From sequence record SRR31156797_1079: a stretch of 57,091 nt of DNA; one strand, given 5' to 3'. Positions within the stretch are counted from its first letter, which is position 1, and each line of letters opens with the position of its first letter. This document shows, in pieces, positions 48,325 through 57,091 of this stretch. The notes under the pieces were generated by a model that saw only the letters and a program-made list of their open reading frames with translations, made no database searches and was not told where the DNA came from. Both the position numbers and the translations under genes were made by a program.

Positions 48325-49299
48325 ATGGGATTTTTATCAGAGAAATTGAGTTTTGATTTTGGAACTTCGTGTATTCGAATTATTAAAGATGGAAAAGTAG
48401 TTGTACAGGAAAATTGTAGAATAGAAACAGATAAAAATGTTACAGAAATTCTGGCTTTTGGGAATGATGTGTCGGAGCCTACAAATAATCGAATACTGTA
48501 TCCTGTTAGAGCAGGCATGATAGCCGATTTTAATGGATTTGAACAGCTATTGCGAAATTCAATTAAGAAAATCCCGAACAGGAGAAACCTACTTCCTCCA
48601 TCACTAACAACATTAGCATTGGTTCACGAATCATCAACAGAGATTGAATTGCGTGCTGTGAGAGATGCACTGGAACATGCGGGTTCGAGAAATATGTTTA
48701 TGTTGTACTCTTCATTTGCCGCAGTAGAGGGAATGGGTTTGGATAAGAAGGGAACTTATTTGCTTATAGATGCTGGTGCAGGAAAAATAAGCATGACAGT
48801 ATTTTCATCGGACAATTTATATTGCCCGCATCGAGTGTGTTTTGGAGGAGTGAAACTGATGGAAATTATAGGCTTGTATTTAAAGCAAAATCATGATGTG
48901 GAATGCAGTTCAGCTACATTAGAAGATATATTAAGAACCTATATTACCTGCTCGGGTAATTTAAATTTGGAAAGCAAAAGAATAAGTTGTTCTAATAGTA
49001 ATGGTGATTTTATAGCGTTTGATTTAGATGTTCAGGCATTAAATAAAAAACTGAATCCATACTTTCAGCAAATGGATGACGAAATCTCACTCACAATAGA
49101 ACAGTTTAGGAATGAGAAAAATAAACCTATACAATCAGTTGTCATAACAGGTGGACTGGCAAGAATGAAAGGTTTCGAGAAAAGGATTTCACAGCTGACG
49201 AATTTACAAGTAATGGATAAATCGGATAAAGATTACACTTTAGCAGGTTTAAAAGTTTTGGATCGTGATTTTGAGAAAAATACAAAGACTTTGAGGTGA
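48325..49299 (+). CDS. Divergent MreB/Mbl-like actin-fold protein
   Basis: DFGTS (phosphate 1), YPVRAGMIADF, STEIELRAVRDA, DAGAG (phosphate 2), VITGGLARMKG (adenosine). Confidence 0.8.
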   Translation: MGFLSEKLSFDFGTSCIRIIKDGKVVVQENCRIETDKNVTEILAFGNDVSEPTNNRILYPVRAGMIADFNGFEQLLRNSIKKIPNRRNLLPPSLTTLALVHESSTEIELRAVRDALEHAGSRNMFMLYSSFAAVEGMGLDKKGTYLLIDAGAGKISMTVFSSDNLYCPHRVCFGGVKLMEIIGLYLKQNHDVECSSATLEDILRTYITCSGNLNLESKRISCSNSNGDFIAFDLDVQALNKKLNPYFQQMDDEISLTIEQFRNEKNKPIQSVVITGGLARMKGFEKRISQLTNLQVMDKSDKDYTLAGLKVLDRDFEKNTKTLR

Positions 49300-49342
49300 T
49301 CAAGAATTTATTCCATCATCTAAAATGAGAATCAAATTATAA

Positions 49343-50044
49343 ATGAACAAACAGTTATTGAAATGTAAAGTCTGTAAAATCAGACAAATAACTTTTAAGC
49401 ATGGAATTTTATGTGGAATTTCAGAAAGTAAACCTCCTGAGTATTGTGATAAATTTGAATTCGATAAACAGGAATTTGAAGATATTGTGAGTGCTCAGAA
49501 GAATCAGTATTTGAAACAACTTGATGATGAGTTGACTTATATAACCAATAAACCAAGTATTCGATTTACGAGCCATATTTCGCAATGTGAGGATTTTAAT
49601 TTCGATCAGGCTAATCCTATCATAAAAGTGAAGCATTCTAAGCTATTTTATTTCATATTAGGATTCGCTTGTATAATTGCACCTTTTCTAATTTTAAAGA
49701 ACTCTAGTTTTGAGAATTGGGATTACATTGGCATTGGTCTCTCTTTATTATTTGTTTTGGGCTCTTTATACTCTTGGCTTCTAGTGTTTTTTGCAAAACC
49801 AGTTTTGGTAATTGGTTCTAAAGGTATAAGTTATAAGAATGAATTAATCGAGTGGAATACTATTATATGTACTAGTTTTCAGACCGAACGAACAAATGCA
49901 GAGAGTCAGCATTTGAAAAATAAGCTTGTAATTGACAAGCTGATCGGAAAGATGATAATTTCTGTTGGTTCTTGGAATATGAAAGAAGAAGAAGTAGGGC
50001 ATTATATTGAATTATTTAAAAATAAATATGGAAGAATTGAATAA
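49343..50044 (+). CDS. Hypothetical 2-TM protein with N-terminal Cys4 motif
   Basis: CKVC...GILC...C; two TM segments and a PH-like C-terminal part (GI......IEW). Confidence 0.7.
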   Translation: MNKQLLKCKVCKIRQITFKHGILCGISESKPPEYCDKFEFDKQEFEDIVSAQKNQYLKQLDDELTYITNKPSIRFTSHISQCEDFNFDQANPIIKVKHSKLFYFILGFACIIAPFLILKNSSFENWDYIGIGLSLLFVLGSLYSWLLVFFAKPVLVIGSKGISYKNELIEWNTIICTSFQTERTNAESQHLKNKLVIDKLIGKMIISVGSWNMKEEEVGHYIELFKNKYGRIE

Positions 50045-50609
50045 TTATACGAAAGAGAAACTGACAATTGACTTGGTTTGGGCAAATGTGTTTGCAATAC
50101 TCACATTGGTTCCGATTATTATAGTATTTGGCTTGCCTTACTATTTGGTATGGGGATTAGGTAGTAATGATTTCATGGATAATATAATGCTCGTAGATAT
50201 TGCTTTTGGAAGTTTCTATGCTTTGGGGTGTTTAATTATTGGCATTATTATTCATGAGCTAATTCATGGTCTTTCTTGGGTTGGTTTTACGAAGAATGGA
50301 TTTAAATCGATAAAGTTTGGTGTACTATGGAAAATGTTGACTCCTTATTGTCACTGTAAAGAGCCATTAAAAGTGAAGCACTATATTTTTGGTGCCATAA
50401 CACCGGCTATTATCCTTGGGATTTTACCTGCTATTATTGCCATTGGAATTGGTAGTTTCGGACTATTGGCATTCGGAATGTTCTTTACCATGGCAGCTGC
50501 TGGCGATTTCTTAATCATTAATTTAATAAGAAAAGAAAATTGGAATGATTTGGTTCAAGATCACCCCTCTGAGGCAGGATGTTTTATCTATAGAAAGATA
50601 GAGGAATAG
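50028..50609 (+). CDS. DUF3267-family putative membrane zinc peptidase
   Basis: IHELIHG (HExxH), PYCHC, AAGD, QDHP. Confidence 0.85.
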   Translation: MEELNNYTKEKLTIDLVWANVFAILTLVPIIIVFGLPYYLVWGLGSNDFMDNIMLVDIAFGSFYALGCLIIGIIIHELIHGLSWVGFTKNGFKSIKFGVLWKMLTPYCHCKEPLKVKHYIFGAITPAIILGILPAIIAIGIGSFGLLAFGMFFTMAAAGDFLIINLIRKENWNDLVQDHPSEAGCFIYRKIEE

Positions 50610-50835
50610 AGGCATTGCTGGGTTTAATTAAATTAATATAGTTTGCCTGGTTATTATAAAACAAGATGAAACATTGTTTACAATAAAATATTCTGTAGAT
50701 TTATTGTTTAGGTGGTACAAATCATGAGTGTTTTTTTCGATATTGAAAAGAGAGGATGATGGAGAGGTAGAAGATTCTATTTAAGATGATAGAAATCTTA
50801 ACTAAATCATTTATTATTAATTGCAATTGGATAAT

Positions 50836-53211
50836 ATGACTGAGAACCAAGATCAAATTAATTTGCTTGAGGAAAAGCTGGAAGTTCTATTAAAGAAACA
50901 ATTTGAATTCTCCAAGGAAATCGGCAACCTAGGTACTGAGATCAACAAGTTGAAAGCCTCTCAGCCAACTAAGGTGATAACAAAGGAAGTAAAGAAAGAG
51001 GAGATAGATGTACCAGAAACCGTCTTTACACCTAAAGAGGAAGAAGAACCGAAAGGTTATCAATCTTACTGGCAAGAACCTACAAAAACAAGCCCTAAAA
51101 TTATCCCTCCAAAGGTAAAAGAGCCAATAAAATTAAAATCAGATCTTGAGAAGTTTATAGGTGAAAATTTGATTAATAAAATAGGAATAGCCATAACCAT
51201 AATTGGTGTTGCTATTGGGGCAAAATACTCTATCGAGAATGAGTTGGTAAGTCCTCTTACCCGTATTATTCTTGGTTACTTGTCGGGAATTGGGCTGTTG
51301 GGATTTGGTATGAAATTGAAGAAGAAGTACCACGATTACAGTGCAGTCTTGGTAAGTGGAGCAATGACGATTATGTATTTTATTACATTTTTTGGTTATA
51401 GCTTTTACGGAATAATTCCTCAAAGTATAGCTTTTGCTCTTATGACTGTTTTGACAGTATTTGCAGTTGTAGTAGCATTAAATTACAACAGACAAATTAT
51501 TGCGCATATTGGATTGGTAGGTGCTTATGCAGTTCCCTTTCTTTTAAGCAATGAATCAGGAAATGTTTCTATTCTTTTTTCTTATATGGCGATTATAAAC
51601 GTTGGAATACTTACAATTGCATTCAAGAAATATTGGAAACCTCTCTATTTTGTTTCTTTCGGACTAACCTGGCTTATCTATTTGTCGTGGTATTCGTCGG
51701 GATACAAGCTTAATGAGCATTTTGGCATTGCTTTGAGTTTTCTAACAGTATTTTTTGGCATTTTCTATCTTACTTTTTTGGCATATAAACTTCTACAAAA
51801 GGAACAGTTTAAATTCGCTGATATTTTACTTCTTCTGATTAACTCATTTCTTTTTTACGGAGTTGGTTTTGGAATTTTAGTAATGCACAAAACAGGAGAG
51901 GAATTATTGGGATTGTTTACCCTTGGTAATGCATTGGTTCATTTTATTGTAAGCGCTATTATTTATAGACAGAAACTCGCAGATAAAAACCTGTTTTATC
52001 TTATCTCGGGATTGGTTTTGGTTTTTATTACCATAGCAATTCCTGTACAGTTAGATGGAAATTGGGTTACTCTATTATGGGCAGGAGAAGCCGCCTTGTT
52101 GTTTTGGATTGGAAGAACCAAAAAGGTTTCCGTTTACGAAATCTTGTCCTATCCTTTAATGTTGCTGGCATTTATTAGTATTCTGCAGGATTGGACCTCA
52201 GTGTATGATGTATCGTACCATACCATAATGGAATCAAAATTATTGCCACTTCTAAATATCAATTTTTTAACATCTATGTTGTTTGTTTCTGCGTTTGGCT
52301 TTATTTACTTTTTAAAGCAAAATCAAAAATATACATCACCAAGTATAATAAAAGGTCGGATTTTTCAAATTGCTTCGTATTCCATTCCTGCAGTATTAAT
52401 TTTTACGATTTACTATGCGTTTCGAATGGAGATTGCCTACCATTGGAATCAACTTATAGCTGAATCAGTATTGAAGGTTAATGTAGATGGGCAAAGTTTT
52501 CCCAATAGATATGAAAATATGGATTTGGAAAGGTTTAAAACTGTATGGATATTAAACTATTCCTTGTTATTTGTTTCTCTTTTGTCTTTTCTGAATTTGA
52601 AAAAAATACGAAATCAACAATTGGGACTGATTAACTTGGGTTTAAATGCAATTGTAATTACAATATTTTTAATTCAGGGTCTTTATATGCTCAGTGAACT
52701 TCGCGAAAGCTATTTGGAACAGACATTGGCGGAATACTATCAAATTGGGGTGTTTAATCTATGGATAAGGTATGTATCCTATGCATTTATTGGCATGACT
52801 CTTTTTGCTTCTTATAAAGTAGTTAAGGATAAGATACTACATACAGATTATCGAATGGTTTTCGATTTTCTACTTTATACTTCTGTTTTATGGGTTGCAA
52901 GTAGTGAATTAATCCATTGGATGGATATTGCTGAATTTGCCCAATCGTATAAACTTGGTTTAAGTATTTTGTGGGGTATCTACTCCTTACTGTTAATTGT
53001 TGTGGGAATGTGGAAAAAGAAAAAGTACTTGCGAATTGGCGCCATTGCCTTGTTTGGAGGAACCCTGTTGAAGCTTTTCTTTTATGATATTTCACACTTG
53101 GATACCATTGCTAAAACAGTTGTATTTATATCCTTAGGAGTATTACTGTTGATTATTTCATTTTTATACAACAAATACAAGCACATTATAAGCCATGATA
53201 CGAACAGTTAA
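50836..53211 (+). CDS. DUF2339 multi-pass membrane protein
   Basis: N-terminal coiled coil, LEKFIGENLINKIG, C-terminal KLFFYD / ISFLY. Confidence 0.85.
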   Translation: MTENQDQINLLEEKLEVLLKKQFEFSKEIGNLGTEINKLKASQPTKVITKEVKKEEIDVPETVFTPKEEEEPKGYQSYWQEPTKTSPKIIPPKVKEPIKLKSDLEKFIGENLINKIGIAITIIGVAIGAKYSIENELVSPLTRIILGYLSGIGLLGFGMKLKKKYHDYSAVLVSGAMTIMYFITFFGYSFYGIIPQSIAFALMTVLTVFAVVVALNYNRQIIAHIGLVGAYAVPFLLSNESGNVSILFSYMAIINVGILTIAFKKYWKPLYFVSFGLTWLIYLSWYSSGYKLNEHFGIALSFLTVFFGIFYLTFLAYKLLQKEQFKFADILLLLINSFLFYGVGFGILVMHKTGEELLGLFTLGNALVHFIVSAIIYRQKLADKNLFYLISGLVLVFITIAIPVQLDGNWVTLLWAGEAALLFWIGRTKKVSVYEILSYPLMLLAFISILQDWTSVYDVSYHTIMESKLLPLLNINFLTSMLFVSAFGFIYFLKQNQKYTSPSIIKGRIFQIASYSIPAVLIFTIYYAFRMEIAYHWNQLIAESVLKVNVDGQSFPNRYENMDLERFKTVWILNYSLLFVSLLSFLNLKKIRNQQLGLINLGLNAIVITIFLIQGLYMLSELRESYLEQTLAEYYQIGVFNLWIRYVSYAFIGMTLFASYKVVKDKILHTDYRMVFDFLLYTSVLWVASSELIHWMDIAEFAQSYKLGLSILWGIYSLLLIVVGMWKKKKYLRIGAIALFGGTLLKLFFYDISHLDTIAKTVVFISLGVLLLIISFLYNKYKHIISHDTNS

Positions 53212-54427
53212 GATATGTATTTGCTTGCTCTTGATTGTCTGTACATCAGCTTTCGGGCAAATTAAGAAATACAATTACAAGCGTGAAATAAAGGGAATTA
53301 CAGATGATTGGCACAAACTGGATTTGCCCGATGAGCTATTTTCAAAAGTGTCCTCTGATTTATCAGATATTCGAATTTATGGATTAAATGCAAGCAAGGA
53401 TACGGTTGAGGCGCCTTATCTTATAAATTTCAAAAAGGATAAAGTTTCAAGCGCTGATATCGATTTCAATATCCTAAATACCTCACGTAATGGGAAGGGG
53501 TATTACTTTACCTTCGAAGTGCCTACTAAAAAAACTGTTAACGAGATAAAACTTGATTTTGAACAGAAGAACTTCGATTGGCGATTAAAACTTGAGGGAA
53601 GTCAGGATCAAGAAGAATGGTTTACTTTGCTAGATGATTATCGAATCCTGTCGGTAAATAATGCTCTAACCAATTATCAATTTTCAAAGATATCTTTCCC
53701 CGATTCAAAGTATCGTTTCTTTCGAGTTCTTATTCGAAGCAAAGGGAAGCCAGACTTGAAATCTGCTAAGGTTTTACAAAATAAGATTACGGAAGGAATT
53801 TCAAGAACGTATCCAACAAAAAGCCTAAGTATTTCAGAGGATAAGAAAAGGAAAGAGACTGTGATTGATATCGAAACAGACTTAATGGTTCCTGTTAGCA
53901 GTGTTAAAATCGGGATAAAAGATTCTTTTGAATACTATCGACCTGTTACAGTTAAATATTTAGTAGATAGTATTGAAACAGAGCAGGGGCGGAAATATAT
54001 TTATAAGAAGTTGACTTCAACAACATTAAATTCTATTGAAGAAAATGTGATTAAATTTCCTGTTAAGATTGTTAAAAAGTTGAGAATTACGATTCACAAT
54101 GGAGACAATCAAGCTCTAAAAATTCAGGGCGTGGAAGTGAATGGGTATGCGTATGAATTGCTTAGCAGGTTTAGCGAGCCAGCAACTTATTTTCTTGTAT
54201 ATGGTAATTGTAAAGCAAGAAAACCAATGTATGATATTCAAAGATTTGCTTCTAACATTCCAAAATTATTACCAAAAGTTGAATTGGGAAAAGAAGAAAG
54301 AATTATAAAAAAGAAATCGCAGATTAAGGAACCACTATTTAAAAACAAGATTTGGCTTTGGGCGATCATGTCGGTGATAATAGTATTGCTGGGATGGTTT
54401 TCTGTAAGTATGATTCGAAAAAAATAA
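53195..54427 (+). CDS. DUF3999-like exported protein with C-terminal TM anchor
   Basis: Signal peptide, DLSDIRI, YFLVYGN....P.YD, C-terminal WLW TM; overlaps the DUF2339 gene, its usual partner. Confidence 0.75.
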   Translation: MIRTVKICICLLLIVCTSAFGQIKKYNYKREIKGITDDWHKLDLPDELFSKVSSDLSDIRIYGLNASKDTVEAPYLINFKKDKVSSADIDFNILNTSRNGKGYYFTFEVPTKKTVNEIKLDFEQKNFDWRLKLEGSQDQEEWFTLLDDYRILSVNNALTNYQFSKISFPDSKYRFFRVLIRSKGKPDLKSAKVLQNKITEGISRTYPTKSLSISEDKKRKETVIDIETDLMVPVSSVKIGIKDSFEYYRPVTVKYLVDSIETEQGRKYIYKKLTSTTLNSIEENVIKFPVKIVKKLRITIHNGDNQALKIQGVEVNGYAYELLSRFSEPATYFLVYGNCKARKPMYDIQRFASNIPKLLPKVELGKEERIIKKKSQIKEPLFKNKIWLWAIMSVIIVLLGWFSVSMIRKK

Positions 54428-54558
54428 TTCGCAATAATCAAATAATCTGAGATAATCTTAAAATATTATATAAAAGAATTTGATCTTAATATTGAGTTGC
54501 GATAATCTTATAAAATTCGTTAAACTTGAATAGTAGCTTATTAGTAAAATATGAAGAT

Positions 54559-54589
54559 GAGGAAATTCCATTGGAGTTTCCTCTTTTTT
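54559..54589 (+). terminator. Intrinsic terminator
   Basis: GAGGAAATTCCA-t-TGGAGTTTCCTC plus T6. Confidence 0.7.
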
Positions 54590-54750
54590 GTTAGGGATAT
54601 TTTCCATCTAAAATTTTTCTACTTTTTGTGTATTCTAAGGCACTTAGGGAAACATATCAAGGCTTTCAGCCGTATTACATTAGACTCTTAAATGTTTACT
54701 AAAAATAGCTTTAAGATTCGTATGTGTTTGTTGTTATTAACCTGAAATAT

Positions 54751-56370
54751 ATGAAATATTTTTACGCTTTTCTCTTTTTGTTTTTTACGTTTTCTTCTGT
54801 GGCGCAGTCGCCTGGAGGACAGAGTGGTAATTTAAGAATGTGGCTGAAAGCCAATGCTGGAGTTAGTACTTCGGTTTGGAACGATCAGACCTCAAATAAC
54901 AATGATTTTTCTCAGTATACTTCTTCCTTACGTCCGAGCATTACCAATAATATCATCAACTTTAATCCAGCTTATTATTTCGATGGAGGTGATTATTTTA
55001 ACGGACAAAATAGAAATTATCGTCGCGCATTGGTGTATTTTGTAATCAGAGGAGAGAATTGGGGAAACCGAAGTCGATTGCTTAATAACAATTCCTATTC
55101 GTTGCGTTACGAGCAGTGGAACAACACAGGAACATTGGGATTTACCCGATATGGTATTCGAGACTATAATAGTGGTATTTCATCCCCTTATGGACAGGTT
55201 TCCATTATTAGTTTTGAGAAATCGAGAAATTCATCGAATGTACTCATAAAGAAAATTGTAGATGGAGTAAGTACTACAAATAATCTGAATACAGGAAGTA
55301 GTAATAGTCGTTTTCCTTTGAACGAGTATGGACGATATCTTCAAGGTTATACGGCCGAGATTATTTTCTACGACAATACCAAAGGAAGTAGTGCCGAAAA
55401 TAGAATAGAATCTTATCTGGCAATTAAGTATGGGGTAACATTGCATAACAATTACCTTCATTCAGGCGGAACCACTATTTGGAACAGAAGTGGTAATTCG
55501 GGCTATTTGAATGATGTTGCCGGTATAGGTCGTGATGATACATCAGGTTTAAACCAGGGCAAATCGAAAAGTGTAAATTCTTCTTCGCGCATTACCATTG
55601 CAAATGGAACGAATATTTCGTCACCTGCTTCTTTCACATCAAATCGATCTTTTCTTTTATGGGGACATAACGATGGATCGACCAACTCTTTTTCTCAAAC
55701 TTACTATGGACAAGTCAATTCGGGTATAGCCAGAAAATGGAAAGTTAACGAAACAGGATCTGTAGGGAACGTACGCTTACAGATTGCAAAATCGACGCTT
55801 CCAAGTGGAGTGAATAGATTATTAGTCAGTACAAATGCATCTTTTCCAAATAATGCATCTACCCAAATGGTAGATTTGATTGATTCCGGATCGAATTGGG
55901 AAGCAACAGTGGATTTTAGCAACAATCAATATTTTACTTTTTATCGCCATAATCTTCCTCCAGTATTATCTACTATCGAATCTGCCGATTTGGAGTATTG
56001 TGATGGATCTGTTTTGATCACTAATACTATAACTACTTCGGATACAGAGTCGGATCTGATTACTGCCACTATAACAGTTAGTAGTGGTTTTGAGAGTGGA
56101 CAGGATGAATTGGAGTATTCACCTGTATCTGGCGTTACTGTTTCTTCATCAAGCGATCAGACCATAGTACTGAATGCTGCAAGTCCAACGAATATGTCGG
56201 ACGCACTTCAAGCCATAAGTTTTAGAAACGATGAAACTTCAGGTTCACTGGTCACAGGCAGTCGAACCATCACTTTTACGGTTAATGATGGCAATTCGGA
56301 TAGCAATCAGCTTTCACGTAATATTATTGTGCGCGCAAAACCAAACCCTGTTGGGGTTTTTCATGAGTGA
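54751..56370 (+). CDS. Secreted Asn/Ser-rich adhesin-like protein (LamG-like plus Ig/cadherin-like domains)
   Basis: Signal peptide; SPGG, WLKANAG, INFNP, IESYLAIKYGVTL, AGIGRDD; C-terminal RTITFTVNDG cadherin-like module. Confidence 0.75.
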   Translation: MKYFYAFLFLFFTFSSVAQSPGGQSGNLRMWLKANAGVSTSVWNDQTSNNNDFSQYTSSLRPSITNNIINFNPAYYFDGGDYFNGQNRNYRRALVYFVIRGENWGNRSRLLNNNSYSLRYEQWNNTGTLGFTRYGIRDYNSGISSPYGQVSIISFEKSRNSSNVLIKKIVDGVSTTNNLNTGSSNSRFPLNEYGRYLQGYTAEIIFYDNTKGSSAENRIESYLAIKYGVTLHNNYLHSGGTTIWNRSGNSGYLNDVAGIGRDDTSGLNQGKSKSVNSSSRITIANGTNISSPASFTSNRSFLLWGHNDGSTNSFSQTYYGQVNSGIARKWKVNETGSVGNVRLQIAKSTLPSGVNRLLVSTNASFPNNASTQMVDLIDSGSNWEATVDFSNNQYFTFYRHNLPPVLSTIESADLEYCDGSVLITNTITTSDTESDLITATITVSSGFESGQDELEYSPVSGVTVSSSSDQTIVLNAASPTNMSDALQAISFRNDETSGSLVTGSRTITFTVNDGNSDSNQLSRNIIVRAKPNPVGVFHE

Positions 56371-56508
56371 TATCTGATTTTTTGTACTTAATGTATATTC
56401 CTGCATCGGAATGAACAATCTCATGTTTTAAGTGTTGTTTTTGCATAGTAATTTGGGCTACGACAGCTTGTTACTATTCTTAAGTGTTTATCAGATAATT
56501 TTTTTAAA

Positions 56509-57042
56509 ATGAGAAATCTTTTCAATGGTTTAGTGCTTATATTATTACTAATTAGTTCATGTAAAAGTCAGGATACAATGATCGATAAAACAGTTGTGAA
56601 GGAACTGGATGTAGATAGGTATTTGGGAAAGTGGTATGAAATTGCCCGATTCGATCATAGTTTCGAACGTGGTTTGGTTGGCGTTAGTGCCACTTATTCC
56701 TATCGTAAAGATGGAAAGATAAAAGTGGTGAATGCAGGCTTTAAGGAGACTTTACAAGGTGAAAGATCCGAAGCAATTGGTAAGGCTAAAATTCCAAACA
56801 AAAATGTGCCTTCAAAATTAAAAGTTTCCTTCTTTTGGTTCTTTTATGGGGACTATTTTGTGCTCGATTTAGATAAAGATTACCAATGGGCAATTGTTGG
56901 AAGTAGTACCGACAAGTATTTGTGGATTCTTTCTCGAACCCCTCAAATTAAAGATGATTTGTATAATGATTTGCTTGTGAGATTAAACGAGAGAGGATAC
57001 GATGTGAGTAAATTGATTAAAGTGGAGCAAAGAAAAGAATAA
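56509..57042 (+). CDS. blc: Bacterial lipocalin (Blc-like) lipoprotein
   Basis: Lipobox ISSC; YLGKWYEIAR, LKVSFF, YLWILSRTP. Confidence 0.9.
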   Translation: MRNLFNGLVLILLLISSCKSQDTMIDKTVVKELDVDRYLGKWYEIARFDHSFERGLVGVSATYSYRKDGKIKVVNAGFKETLQGERSEAIGKAKIPNKNVPSKLKVSFFWFFYGDYFVLDLDKDYQWAIVGSSTDKYLWILSRTPQIKDDLYNDLLVRLNERGYDVSKLIKVEQRKE

Positions 57043-57091
57043 GCTTAATTTTCAATGTTTATTGGTTTTCTCTCCTTTTAGGGGAGATCCC

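Noticed and set aside
281..55925. Numerous short (60-165 aa) ORFs in the track overlapping larger genes, e.g. 281..634, 28973..29470, 36294..36773
   Set aside because: Antisense or out-of-frame shadows of well-supported CDS, with no recognisable motifs.
43335..57042. Genomic island or prophage in the run of same-strand accessory genes
   Set aside because: No integrase, att-like repeats, tRNA or phage genes seen, and no obvious composition shift by eye.

Overview
AT-rich chromosomal window from a Bacteroidota bacterium, probably a marine, facultatively anaerobic Marinifilaceae-like organism (inferred from recurrent TAnnTTTG -7 promoter boxes, mostly absent Shine-Dalgarno motifs and the gene families present). 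About 45 CDS and no tRNA, rRNA, CRISPR array, integrase or transposase that I can recognise. In order: pstSCAB phosphate ABC operon with an 11-bp-phased Pho-box-like array; sirtuin; fabG; plsY preceded by a FakA(DAK2)-FakB(DegV) fusion; a secreted 34-aa-repeat protein followed by a LytS-type kinase, a His-less pseudokinase and a LytTR regulator; a DUF3179 lipoprotein and outer-membrane barrel divergent from an exported NiSOD; a Crp/Fnr regulator with a CRP-box-controlled spondin lipoprotein; sfsA; an ECF sigma pair; transporters; a REP-like element; MATE-gshAB; an orphan giant FtsX-type permease; class I fumarase; arfB; a stand-alone trpB with a structured 5' leader; a DUF134/NifX-like/DUF5320/DUF89/twin ferredoxin-ATPase operon with a palindromic operator inside its promoter; SulP; ThrE; a degenerate MreB paralogue; DUF2339/DUF3999; a secreted adhesin-like protein; and a lipocalin. 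Best candidates for undescribed biology: the DUF134 metal/Fe-S operon and its operator, the kinase/pseudokinase/repeat-protein module, the trpB leader RNA, and the FakAB-PlsY fatty-acid salvage unit. All family assignments are by eye from motifs; no searches were run.
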